From: Rhynchopus sp. YZ270_cl-10
Taxonomy: Eukaryota
Length of the DNA: 64,000 nt
NCBI GenBank assembly: GCA_964035575.1
Contig: OZ037848.1
Span: 124,001-188,000, forward strand
Direction: 5' to 3'
Shown here: positions 23,919-37,222 of the stretch, piece after piece
How the letters are laid out: each line of letters begins with the position of its first letter
Numbering within the stretch: the first letter of the stretch is position 1
Notes under the pieces: generated by a model
Database searches by the model: none
Told to the model about the DNA's origin: nothing
Seen by the model: only the letters and a program-made list of their open reading frames with translations
Made by a program: the position numbers and the translations under genes

Positions 23919-26900
23919 CTAAGAAAACCTATGTGGGCTGGTGTAGACCACACGCTTTAAGTCGTCCTGCGCACTCTGCAGCTGGTAGACCGAGGAGTCG
24001 AGCTTGTCCAACTGTTCATGTATGCGCTCAAGCGTGGCCGCAGTCGTGACGACTTGGTCCTTTACGCTGAAGACGTTTTCGTTCACTTCGGCAAGGTTGA
24101 TTTGGATGCGCTGCTGGGATTTGAGCAGACGCTGCACGGCCTCCTTGCGCATAAGCCTCTTCGGAAACTCAGGCGCCAACCAATGCAGGTCTGCTGTGTG
24201 GTCGAACACGGGCTGCTCCTCCCGCAGGAAGATGCGCTTGAAGCACTTCAAGGCCTTGCTCAGCACGACCATGGCCTTGCTCTTGCTGCTCCCCCTCGGA
24301 TGCCGCAGCCCTGTCAGCTTGTATTGGTATTCATCAATGATCTGCCACGACCACCTCTCAACAGACTTCTTCAGGTTTTCCTCATAAATGTTCCCGACCA
24401 CTGCAATGAAAACATTGATCAAAATCAAGTTCGCGAGAAACAGACACAACAAAAAGAGAAACGGGCCGATCAACCAGGAGCTCTGAAAAGCGGAGTAATT
24501 CCACTGTCCAAAAACGATTTCCATAAAGGCGATAAAGGTGCTCCCAAAGGTGGTGAACTCAACAGAAGACTCCGACAGCAAGACGTGAATCCCCATCATC
24601 AACGCCAACGCGATCACCATGAAGACAACGAAGAAAATCAGCACCTTTGAATCACCAATGGTGGTCGTGATTGCTGTTGCGACAGGGCCCAGCTTTGGCA
24701 GAATCATAATGTGTTTGAGCAGCTTCACAAAGTACAGCACCAAAACACATGCCCATAGCTCCTTTTCCGCAACAGAGAGCGCTGCAACGGGCCAGAGGTC
24801 GAAAAATTCGCGGGTAGTGGTGCTTGCTGGAACCATCTCCTGTGGGGTGAACGTAAGCAGCTCTGATATGAACAAAACTCGGGTGCCAGCAACGAGCCAG
24901 AACATAACGACGCACATAAGGTCTACTAGGTTCCACTCCCGCCAGAAGTAGTGCGACAAACCGTACCAAACGTAGGCAAGAATGTTGAAGAGCATTTTGA
25001 TGGCCTTTTCGAAGAGGTTCTTTTTTCGTGTCTCCACCTCTTTTGGCTTGTCTGTCAGCTGGCCGAGCTTTTTGCGGTAGCGTTCAGCGGTCTTTGCTGC
25101 TTCCATGTCTTTGGACTCTTTTAGCTTTCTTTTTCCTTCGTCACGGTAGATTTGTTTGACGTATTTCCATGAGATCCACATATCGTGAAGCTCGTCGTAT
25201 GTGAGGAAGGCGACGGAGACGAGAAGGCCGCACTCCAGGAAGAAGATGAGCGAGTCGCCTATGTTGTCGCAGTGCAGCTGTGCTGTGTTTGGGAACAGCG
25301 GAATGCAGGCCTCGAGGTTGACGTTCGTCAGACGATAGGAGGCAACGGTGCCACCGTACTCCGGAAACTCAAACAGCACCTTCGACACAATGAAGTTGTG
25401 CACGTTAGGGTTGTACAATGTAAACTCCACAAACACAGCCCTGGTCTGCAGGTCCACCCAATTGCCATCTCTCATTGCATCTATTTCTGCCAATACTTCG
25501 TCCTTAGAGGTCGGGTCCAGATCTTTCACAAATCCCGAGTTTGGGTATTCCCTGTGCATAGGGGACTTCCATGTGTAGAGGGAAGGGTTGTCGGACTGCG
25601 ATTGGTAGGTGGAGTTCCAGTGTTCCCCAGTGACCAGTTCGTGTTCTTGGGACCAGCCGCCGTAGCAGCCGGAGATGTAGTCGCTGACCCATTCAGGGCG
25701 GGAGCAGGTCTGGTTGCGGACGCGGAGTTGCCTGAGGCGGACGAGGCCGACGACGTGGAGAATTCCGAATAAGAAGTTGGATGGTTCATCATCGCCTGCG
25801 CCGCTCACATCTTCGAAGAAGAGCTGCGACAGCGGGCCACGAAGAAACGAAAACATATCATTCGCGTCGCCCACCTGCGCCAGCGTCTTGAAGAACTTCG
25901 CATCCTCATATAAAAACTCCTGCTCCATCACCTCCCCGCGCACTGCAGCGGTCTTCCAATAGCCGTCACTGCGGAACAGATTTGTCTTGTTGTTGACCAC
26001 CATGCACAGAACGCCGAGGAACAGCATGTAAAAGAGGGCACCTAGGAGAAACGATTTGGTGGCCTCGAGGGACAACTTGCGTTGTATGCGTGGGTCTTTT
26101 GTCATGAGAGAGATTTGGTCACGCAGGATGTCGGCGTCGCGCTCCCACTCTCGGATTAAGTTGTGCTGATGGAACTCTGCCTCCTTGTGTGTGTGGTGCA
26201 GGAGCGAGGCGATGCAGATGTCGTGGGGGTCCAAGCCTCCGGAGGCCTTTCTGTTCTTCCAGTAGGGGCGTGCGCCAGCTTCGAGGAGCGTTTCTGTGCA
26301 GATGGGGTGGCAGAGAGAGGCGGCCACGTGGAGAGGGGAGTTGCCTTCGGAATCGAGGGCGTGGACGCCAATGGATCCGTCGTGCTTTTCGTTGAGGTGC
26401 TGCAGAAGAACGTTCAGGCATTCAAGGGACCCAGCATAGCAACCGTAGTGAAGCGCAGTGCGTTCGAGCTGGTGGGTGCGGTAGGAGGTGCTGGATTTGC
26501 CGTAGATCGAGTCTGGCAGTTCGTGGATGACGCGTTCGAGGAGTCGCTTTTGGTCGCGTACTGCGGCCCAGTGTGCGAGGTTGAGGCCAACGTCTTCTTC
26601 GCGCCAGTTGACCTTTCCCAACATAGTTTCGTCAGAGTTGCAGTAATCGTTTGAAACGGTAAACCCACGGCGGTACTGCAAATGAATGCCCCCAAGCCAC
26701 TCTGGTTCTAGAAACCCTGCAACCAGTTCGATTTGTTCACCCCATTTTAAGAGAGTTGCGGTCACGTATGGCGCGAACTTCAAAGCCAACAGCAACGTCG
26801 TGCCACTGTACTCAGGGAGAACCGCTTCGTTGATCCCGGTACGATCCCAGGTACGCGACAACAGCAGCTTATGGTACTGATTGCGGTTCGGCGAAAACTC

Positions 26901-29900
26901 CGACCCATCACTTTTATCGATGATCCCAGGCACTTCGAGGTACTGTTTGCAGCCACGTGGTGGTGGGTTGCCTGCGACTGTGATAGAGCGTTCTACAAAC
27001 CCACACGAGATGAGCTGCTTTGCGATTGTGATGGACCGCGCCACTCTCGGACCAAGCGACGCAGTATCACTCTCCACTGACGTATCCACATACGTGATCA
27101 GCTTTTTGCGGTCCGTCAAAAGCCGCACCTCAGACATCTCTTCAATCAACCGAGAAGGATGAAAGAAAGCATCCGCCTCCTCCCCTTCATCTGTCACCCT
27201 CGCATGGATCGAGCCCCGATGAAGGCTTTTTCTCCAAGAAGAAAATTTGATCGCAGCGCCGACAGACATACCCAAATCACGAATGTGCCCTGCCGAGACA
27301 TCGTGCGCAAAGTTTTTGAGTTGGTAGGGCTGCTGATGGCGGGGAACACCGAAGCTGATTTGCCCGTCTCCTCCCATATTTTTTGCGCCAGATTCAAGCA
27401 CGTTGTCGTCATGATCTACAACACCTACCTGGATGATGGCTGCGTGGAGAGGAAGAAGGTCTTCGTTGTCACGCTGCAAACATCCCCAAAGATCAACAAA
27501 ATGCTCGAACTCCAACCTCTCTGTCTCATAGTGCAACATCCTCTTAAGCAACCCACCCTGCGTCTTCTGCAGACCAATCATGCACTTCACAACCTCATCC
27601 AATTGAAGATGAATCGCCAACCGAAGTGGCGAAATACCATGACACCTCCTCTTCACCCAACGCATGAAGTAGCACGGATCGCGGGAGTTGAGAAACTGTA
27701 TCGTCTTTGTTGTGACAAGCAGAACCGATTGGTAGGCCTCGATTTTGCGTTGTCGCACCGTCTCTTTGCGCCGTTCTGCGACTATAGACGAAAGCTGCTG
27801 GGCATCGTGGTTGACAAATGAAATGGGTTCGGGCTCTTCCGCCTCAATCTTGCGTGCATGCAACACCTTCAGAAGATAGTGCAAAGGGTACTTCCTGAGA
27901 GCTTCCGTCACCACAAACGGTACTCCTTCCAAGCAGAAGTACTGCAAAGGTGTCAACCCCAACTCAGCACCTCCCGGCGCCAAAGGCAGAACCCCATCCT
28001 CAAAAAACTTCGACTGCCGAAACGACCGAGACCTCTGCGTCTTGGGGACCGGTCTCTCGTTTTGTGCCTCTTCCATGTCTTCTTCATCCCCAGGGGAAAA
28101 TGTAGAAGCAGTCAAAAAAATCTCGCCAACATGTTTGTTGTCCTTCCCAAAATCGATGACCTCGCAGGTCAAACCCCTAAGCAGCTTTGTTCGAATGAAA
28201 TCCCGCAAAACGACCTCCTGGTTTTCTTCGTTTTCGTCAACAAAATTTAGATTTGAGAAACAAAGGCTTTTCACTGCTTTGTGGCGTTTGACGTATTCGA
28301 GAAGCCCTCTGGTGTGTTCGAAGGTGAAATACGACTTTCCTGAGGCAGCAAATTTTGAAAGGTCTACCTGAACTCCGCGTCCTTTAGTAGAAAGAAAGTC
28401 GAGCGCTTCATTTGCTAGGTCCACGTGGCCACGACGGCGTGAAGACATCAAATTGAGAAGAACATCAAAGCGCTGATTCACCGAGAAGAATTGACTGTAG
28501 TTGTCCTTCGTCAGATCCCCATAGAGCTGTTTCAACCGCCGCAGCTCTGCCCAGGCTTTGTCTTGAACTTCTTGTTTCTGCGCAAAAAGCGAGACTGCAT
28601 GAAACTCATCGTCGCTCCCATTGCACACATCCTCTAACGTATGCCAGCGCACTCCACTTTGCTCAAGCGCTTCAATGGAAAGACCTAAAAAGTGTTTAAT
28701 GTCTTCTTCATTAACCAGAGTGATAAGATCGCTTTCTGCCTTGGCCAAATTCGCTTCGCTGTTGCGTTTGATGCTGTCCGAGAAGTCTGTTAACAGCTTA
28801 ATAGAGTCTTCTGCTTCGTTGTATTCTACCCGTGGTGTATGGTCCCGAGAAGTGCATGTCACAAATTTGAGATCCATCGAAAAATTTCCGGCCAAAAGAG
28901 AAGACAACGGACGCACCTCATTCGCTTCTTCGCCCAGCTTAGGGGTCACCTCAATCTCCCCAAACTCCCTCGAAGTGAATCGAAGGAGGGATAAATTCGA
29001 AAAAACTCCGTTGCGAATTCCGATCCACTTTTCCATCATTTTTTCGTCCGGGCGTTGCAGGGTGACGCCGGTTAGGTCCAACTCTCTGAGGGGCTGCACC
29101 GGACGTCCACTCGACATGAGGACCTGGTAACGCATATACATCATCAGCGCTTCGGAGAAGATGCCCGACGTGGTCGACGACGGCGGTGTTGTGTTGCGAT
29201 AATCCTCTCTCTCCGACACAAACGTACGACAAGAAAACAAAATGAACGACGCCTCTTCTTGAGTCCGCGCCAAATTCGCAAAAAAATTGTCATATGTCAC
29301 ACAAGCGAGGGGAGCCGACACCACCGACTGCACTTGATGAATTTGAGTAAAAACCCTTTGGTCTCCACGGGGCACATCAGACAACCGGGAGAGCGGCACC
29401 CACCCTCCTTCTATATTAAACTCCACCGCTTCTTCGTCGATCAAGCTGGTTACCCATTTTTTGAGATCAAAACGTTCGAGACAGGAGACATAGTAGAAGG
29501 CGTACCACAGCACCGCATTATTGTCGTTAATCACCAAGGTCCCATCCTCCCCAGGACCACCCGAGCCAGGTACATAAGACGGATCATAACAGTACAACAG
29601 ACCTCTCTTCGCTACTACCCGCTTCTCCTTTTTGATGCGGAACTTCAGCTCATCCGACACCGACTCCAAACGCTGCACCTGAACATGAACACCGTGCTGC
29701 GTCTCAATGAAGTCCATCCGGATTGCTAGCCCATCGTACTCTAACATTTCGTGGCATTCATTCTGCAGCAACTCTACCTCCTGAAACGGAAGCTGCAACA
29801 ACGGGGTCGGAGCTGCAGGCAGGTCCTGAAGGGATTGCAAACCCTCAAGGGGGTTCGCCTTTGAAGACTTCCTTCTAGGACCCACCCCGCCAGACCCTCT

Positions 29901-32900
29901 ACTACTCTGCCTGGAGCAGGGCATGCTACCATACGCAGGGAACGTCCCTACCGCGCTCTCAAGGGCACGGCTCAACGCAAGCATGACCTCGTGAGAGGCA
30001 GCAGAGGCTCGTGCCGGTTCGCCGTCCATCTCTCTGACCCACCTTTGGTGTAGTGGAACGACAAGCTTTCTTCTCGATAAAGGGGTAGGCGCAGCGATAG
30101 CTGTGGTGTACAGAGTCTCCAAGCCAGTCGGGCTGACAACAGAGATTGGAAAGTCCGCTGCAACAGCAGGGTCCTCGCATGCCATAAAATGCTTCGGGGG
30201 GAGCTTCAGGATGAGCCGAAAGAGCGCTTCCAGGGGTTCGAGGAAGGTTCCGTCAAAGAGCTGCGCGCTGCCTTCTGGGGTGCTGATGCGTTTGTGAAAA
30301 ATGCTGTTTGGGACGGGGACGCCAAATTGAAGCATATTGTTGAGCAGGGCGACGTAGTACTCTTCTTTATCGTATTTAGGTCGATGAGAGGTGCGGAGAG
30401 TGGCAGAGGAGGCAAGCTCAGGGAGGTTGATGTGGGAGTGCGAAGCCTGCAGTGCACCTGGACGGTTCAGAGGAAGCTTTGCCATTGCAAGCTCGAATCC
30501 GTCAGAACAATTATTTTCAAGATCCGCCGCTTGAGCCGCGGTTAAATGCTTTCGGGTAGCACGAAACTGCTGTAAAATCCATTTCACCACAGTCACCGCA
30601 CCACCATCGCACGCAACCTCCAATGCAGTACGTGGCACATCATCTAACGGCTGTGACCGCATCAACAACACCTCCGCCAACCCAGCGTTCAAAGCAGACG
30701 GGCTTCGTGCCTCCCCCACCAAACCTGGCCCAATACTTCCATTGACCGACCCCATGCTTGGGTTCGGGAACAGAGCTACTGGGGGTTCCCGAGGAAAATT
30801 CATTCTGGTATCATTCGCGGTGAAGTACGCAAGCAGCTCGAGACCATGGTCGTGCACACCTTCTCTACGAGCGATAAGGTGGAATATGGTCTCAAGGTTA
30901 GCAGATCGTGCATTCGGATCTGCGCCCTTCTGGAGAAGAAGCTGGCATATTTCAAAGAGATGCAGACTCGCTGCAAGCAAGAGAGGGGTAAGCGACGCCT
31001 TCTCCGGCTGCTCCAACGCAAAGGAAAGCAGTTTTGGCTCATCCGAGAAATGGTCCAAAATTTTTGCAACCAACTCAACCTTTCCACTCGCCACCGCTGC
31101 ATGCAAAGGGGTTTCCTGCTGCGCAATCGTCGGCGGCTGCGTCAAATGAATATACCCCGCCTCAGGGAACTCCACCCTCACCTGCCCCTCAATCACCTCC
31201 ACCACCCCTACCTCTTGTCCGTGCTCTAATACACTCTTTTTCGCCCCTCCTCCATCGCTATCAAGATGCACCTCAGCCCCAGCATGCGCAATGACAAACC
31301 AAAGGTCTTCTCCACCTATGTTGGTCTCATTGATGTTCACGATATCCATTCTGCGTGCGAAGCTGAGTAAATGCTCTGCAGTGAGAAGAGAATTTTCGAG
31401 CGATGTGGCAGAATTTTGGATGGACGCAACTAACGGGGTAGGCCCTCTTGAGTTATGCCTTTGCGAGAACCAAGCTTGGGCTTCAGGTTTCGTCAAATTA
31501 TCGGTTCCTTGAGCGAGAAGAAGCGCTACAACACCATGATGCCCATGCTGCGCCGCAATAAGCAGAGGCGATGCATCACCAAAGTCCCTATGTCTCCAAT
31601 GATCGGGAGCAAGCTGACGATTTGGGGGAACCTTTTTGTCCATAAGAAACCTTGTAATTTCAACGTCGTCGCTTTCCGCTGCAAGAAGCAGAGATAACGT
31701 CCAATCGACGGTTTGATAAGCTCGAGGCTGCACCCTAGCACCAAACTCCGAGAGAATGTCAGAATGCCCCGCCTCAGCAGCCACCACCAACGCATTCATG
31801 ATGTTCATCTCATTCCACCCGGTGTGGATGAACGAAAGGGAGGCCCCCTTTTTTGCCCATTTTCTTGACAAAATCATTTCCATCGCGCAGGAGTGGTTCT
31901 TCTGCGCGGCTTTCATGAGGGGGGTGTAGCCTTCGTCGGTTTCGCCGTAGAGAAGGTCATGCCATTGGTCGCCTGCTGCACGGAGAAGCGTTCCTAAGGC
32001 AACCTCAGAGCCACTTTCTGCAGCAAGGTGCACTGCAGAAACTCCAGTTACAGTGACAGCGTCGAGCGGAGCGCCGTACTCAAGGAGGACCTCAATGACA
32101 GCACCCAGCTTGGACCCCACCTGGCGGTGTCTGTCGCCATTGTCCTTTGCTGCGGATTTGAGGGCCCAGTGAAGGACAGTTTCATTGTCCGCAGCAAGGT
32201 GCTGGACGAGAGAGAGGTGGTCCTGAAGGAGCATGAGGGTATGCAGGTCAAGACGTACCGCAGCAATGTGCATGAGGGTGGCCCCGTCAGAGGCTCGGAT
32301 CATCTCAACCAGGCTAGTGATCTTTGTACGCTCAGCAAAGAAGAGGTCGACGATCTCAGCGCGGCGCGACTCTGTTGCGACCATAAGAGGCGTTGATCCA
32401 TTACAGTCCATCACCTGGGCAGTCTGCCAGCCTGAAGGTTGCCGTAGGAGAAGCGTCATACACTCAACCGCACCAGAGCGGGCCGCAGCATGAAGAGGTG
32501 TACTCAGGCGGTTGTTCTGTGATATTGTGTTAAAACCGCAAGGCAGAGATCTCTAATAACATACCTGTATCTGCGGGTCCGCACCGTGCTGCAGCAATAA
32601 TTTGACCATATCGGTATACCCCAGCTTCGAGGCAACGTGAAGCGCTGTGGACCCAGCCGCATCACCACGGTGCACTCCACAGCGGAGAACCTGTGTTTTT
32701 GTATATTTTTTCATCCCCCAGTTTTGAACCCAACCCACATACCGCCTCGACCACTGCAGGTGGATGTGCATGAGCCAATGTACGCAACGCACGCCGCACA
32801 CTCTCGATGTCATTCTGTATGGATGCAAGGTACAGCGGGCACAGCACCCTCTCCTGTATCCCTGCAACCGACCCCTTCACCTTCACATCCTTCGAGAACT

Positions 32901-34320
32901 GGTCGAACCCTATCGCTGAGAGGTATGAGATCTGCAGGGTCCCGCCCCTCACTGGAGACATCGTTTTCTTGCGGGACGACTCAGCACGCAGCTCCGCACG
33001 CACCTGCTCTAAGCTGATGTTCGTTAGCTGCGTGTATTGGATGCTAAGCGCACCCTTCCGCCGCTCCTCTGGTAGTTCGTATCGGAGTGGCCTCCTTCCT
33101 GTCGCAAGGAGCGCTGCCTTGCAGGTATCGTGCATGAATTTCGCACGCATGCACTCTAACAGCTTCTCCGCAGGAATCATCATCCCGTCATACCCATTGA
33201 CAGTACGGTACTGTTCGACACTCAGGTATTCTGTTCCTCCGACTTCAAAACTGATTTGCGCGGCAGGGGAAAGCAAATGGTATTTCCCAGGCGCATCCCC
33301 GAAGGTAACGGCAGCAAGCGAGGTGGGGCTGCCGTCTCGTCGTGATGGGGAGCCTTGGGCGCCGCTGGACGCGCCTTTTCTCCTCACAACCAACAAATAC
33401 GTTGCCGCCTTCACCGGCTTGCGGATACGGTACTGCGCATGCCCTGTCGCCGCGTCGATCTCATGATCCATCTTCACCTCGACCCTCCCATTCTCTTCAG
33501 GGTCTTCATACCGCCCCGCCTGCCGCAACGGAGGCACCGGCCTGGTCGAACCCAACGGAGGGACATACAACACAGCCTCCCCTATGTTATCCCCTCTCAA
33601 GAACAGATGCGTCACACACATCCCCTCTGGCGAACATTTGGGGGTCGTCAAAAAAATTTGCATGCCAGTTTCATCATGTTGTACATGCCCTGGACGAGGA
33701 ATTGGGGTGGCACCACCTTTCTTTGCGTGAGGTGACAGAACACCAGAGTGATATGCTGGACTATCGGAGACACTGTAGAACGTTGGGGTATGCCCAAAGC
33801 GCAGCGCTTCTATCGTTAAACCTTGTTCATCTACCCCGAAGTACCCTGCAGTACCGCGTGGTGTCTCCATTCCACCTGCAGCCGCATCGTTCCTCCTCTG
33901 CAATTTGATTGGCCACTGCGTCGTTCCTCCATAATACGATTCATGCAAATCCTGCACTTTAATCCCTGGAGGCACGACCAAAGCACGCAACCCCAAAGGA
34001 AGCTCTTTGCACGAAGCATACGTCTTCTCTCCTTCCTCCCTTCGCGACACTTCATTCCGCTTTAGTGCACAGTACGGCGAAACCGGGGCTTGGCTAAACG
34101 AATGCTGTTTTGTGCTTCGCTGCATGTCATGAAAAGATCTGGTCCGTGGTCGTGGGCCGACATGAGGGGAAAGGGTTAGCGCTTCCATCTCGTGTCTTCC
34201 TTTCAAAGTTTGACTCAACGAAACACCACCACCACCAGGTGCCAATGTGACTGTCGAAAAGGAGCGGGTGCGAGGCATCGGGACGTCCCCCAAAGGGGAC
34301 CCATGGCGGGAGGACTGCAT
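23919..34320 (-). CDS. Giant (~3,430 aa) NADAR-like/ankyrin-repeat/polycystin-2 (TRPP-like) cation channel, 3 exons (34320-32743, 32690-32565, 32516-23919)
   Basis: Introns 32691-32742 and 32517-32564 (GTATGT...ACAG) join three ORFs in frame through ankyrin repeats (GSTALHVAS, STPLHAAA, GSTPLMVAT, GNSPLHVAA). The C-terminus has polycystin TOP-domain motifs (RLRQLRV, WVDLQTRAVFVEFTLYNPN), WNLVD, S5-pore-S6 ending INVFIAVV, and a final coiled coil. Confidence 0.9.
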
Positions 34321-35614
34321 CTATTTGGGGTGTTGATAGGAGTGGGAAACCTTTTTACGAGGTGCGCGTCATTTTGTGTGATGTGTGTGTTGAGGTTGTG
34401 TAGGTTTGTGCTGTTGGGAGGGGGGTTGTTACAGTACAATGGTGTATGTGGTTTGGAAGGAGATATGCAATTGCCATTAAAGCAAAACCCTAAGACTCAA
34501 AAGAAAAGCGAACCTAGAAGAATGTTTGAAGAAAAACGTGATCCGTGTGTCTGTGGAGCAAAATCGGGAAGTGTAGTGTGGGAGTGTTGGCACCATCTGA
34601 TGTGGTTGTTTTCGATGCACAAAACATCGCACAATACAACAAATACCCCATTGGCATGGGGTATGAAGAAGATTACCATAGCAACCGCCGCCTACTTCGC
34701 AAAGCAAACCTACTAGTAAAATTAGTGGTGTCATGTATGCGATTGTCAACGAAAATCTATCTATTTTATACATTGGGATTAGCCATCTTACTTGTCTCGA
34801 CCGTATCAAAAAGCACTGGTCTAATCGTAATTGTACTAAAAAAACGAAATCCAAATTTGGAAAACATTTAGAGTCTAGGTTAGTTGACGTCACCGACATT
34901 TGGGTTCGGGAGGTTTTGAGAGGATTTGGGCGGATTTGAGAGGGTTAGGAAGGGTATGGCAGGGTAAGAGGGATGCACCTCTCCCCCATATATTTTTCCC
35001 CTTCATGTTTTTTCCAAAAATACATGGGATAAAAACGAATTTGTGGATAAACAGCAATTGTTAAGGTAATTGCTGAGCCATATGAAATGGTGACGATATA
35101 CAGACTATGGTCACAGCCATTCTGTGTAGGATCCTGCGCACTGCGCTGATGTAGCCGTGAACGGCATCGTAAGCCGGAGTTCCCACTGTAATTAAGAACC
35201 TTTTTTGCTTCTCGCCGACCTTCTAAAACCACGACGCACCGACACGAGGACTGCCCCAAATCTGGTATCACAACGCTTCCGCCCTTATCTGCCACAATTC
35301 CTCTTATGAACGTAACAGCGCCTCGAGTTAATCATCAGATGTCCCATCAGAACCCCGAGAGAAAGAGGGTGGGGTGGTTGGGGGGAAGAAAACTCAAAGG
35401 ATGAGGAGTAAGCTTTTGTTTTGAGAATACAATTAAATTTTAGGGCGCGATTTTAAAAAACCAAAAAACGTAGAAAATGGAAATGAGCGCAGGCCCCCTT
35501 CTCTTTCGGGCAGGCACCAATATTTATTGGAACCCCGCAAACCCTCAAAAACGGGTATTTTTCTTTTTTCTCCTTCAAAAACGTGTAAGAAAGACCACAC
35601 GGCAGGCTACCGAC

Positions 35615-36933
35615 CTAGATCATGTGTTCCCTCTGGAGGGCTGCAAAGTGTTCTGCGAACTGTGCAGCGTCGTCGGTGGGGAGCTGCACACTACCATCAT
35701 CACCACCACCACTGTTGCTGCCGGCCATATTGGCAAATACACCCCCCACATCCTGAGCGGCAACGTCTGTGTCCACAGCACGACCCACCTCCTCCTCACC
35801 TTTCTGCGGTACTCCCGCAGATGTGGCCGCTGCCTCACTCTTCGGCATATCAGCAGCCCTGTTTGAATGGTTTAAGATATGGTAACATTGTTCGGTTAAG
35901 AGGGTCCGACCTAACATGAAAGATAAACCGCGACTGGGGAGGGGGGGAGGAAAGACATATACCCTGTTGTCTTCATCATTTTCTGCAGTTCTGTCAACTC
36001 ACTTTGCATCATCTTTGCACGCACCCCTTCTATGGGTGCCCCCTTTGATAGGGTCGAGAACCTGAACTGCAGTCCTGCCACCGCACCGCTGGCAAGCTCC
36101 ACCTCGACCTGTTCTGTCTTCTTCCGCCGTATCCCTGCTGCGGGCGTTGCTGCATTTGCACCGTTCTGCTTCTCTGCATCGGGCCCCTTACCATCAGTGT
36201 CGTCCACCTCCACTTCCACCTCATCTTCGTCCTCACTCTCAGGAAGCCCTGCAGACACTCTGCGGCGCAGGTCCTCCAGGAACCGCATACGTTCTATAGT
36301 GTCTGTGTGCGTTGCTGTGGTCGTTGTATCAGAGATTGCTTTTGCATTTGGTATGAAACTCGCGGATAACTCTGCGGTTGTTGTAGGTGTGCTATGCCGT
36401 GGTTGTATCTTCGCAACTGCAGGACAGTTAAATGCGTCGGAAAATTCGTCTTCAAAAGGGTCGGGTTGATCTGTGTATATTGCGTCATGGATCTCTGCGT
36501 ATCCCGCCTCCCATGGCGAGGCAGTGTGGTGTGTTTCTGTGCTGTCGATTTGGGGATTGCTTTCTGGTTTTGTTGGCTTTGTGCTGGTAGGTTTGATGGC
36601 ACCGCTGAGACGTTGCTCTGCTTGTATGAAAGCGGTGTCGTCGATTTCCCCTAGAGTGTCAAAGACGCTGTCGAAGAATGTGTTCATCGCAGTGCCGTTT
36701 GCGGTGTCGTTGTCCAGCACTGCTGTGTCGTCTGCCGTCATCGCGGCGTCCAAAGCAGCAACCAGAGCTGAGGGCTGTGCGGTGTCTCGCGTGGTGGAAG
36801 GGGTAGGCAGAACAGACCCCGCACCCTTATAAGTGAGTGGCACATCCACGCAGAACGGAGTAAGCACAACTTCAGGGTCGGCAGAGAGGCTTGCTGGAGG
36901 GGTTGTCGGAGGGGTGGCGAGGAGGGTAGGCAT
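35615..36933 (-). CDS. Hypothetical acidic, low-complexity protein, probably 2 exons (36933-35963, 35858-35615)
   Basis: ATG at 36933 (MPTLLAT). A putative 104-nt intron 35859-35962 (GTATAT...AAACAG) joins the two minus-strand ORFs in frame. No recognisable domain. Confidence 0.55.
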
Positions 36934-37040
36934 TTTTGTGTGTTGTTCTGTGTTGGGCGTTTGTATTATCACACAGTGTCGTTATGTGAAGAAAATATGT
37001 ATTTTACAAAGCAATTTTATAAATCCGATCCAAAAAGAAA

Positions 37041-37222
37041 GTTGACTTGAAATACAAAAGACCTCTCGTGAACAGTGTACCTTGGTACAATGACCGGATG
37101 TACCGGGGGGTGGACACCCAACCACGCAGTCCTACAATCCATTTCGTGGTTTACATCTGATATGTTGTTACTCCCGCTTCCACTCATCAGCCAGATGAAC
37201 GGGGATCGTTGCAAACACAGGG
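37041..37222 (-). repeat. Dispersed repeat copy A containing a hammerhead-like core and a hairpin motif
   Basis: Aligns with 60172-60313, with indels. Minus strand reads CTGATGA-GTGG...CCAC-GAAA-TGGA...TCCA. Confidence 0.8.

Noticed and set aside
37100..37200. Box C/D snoRNA reading of the TGATGA motif
   Set aside because: No downstream CTGA box D at a suitable distance on the same strand.
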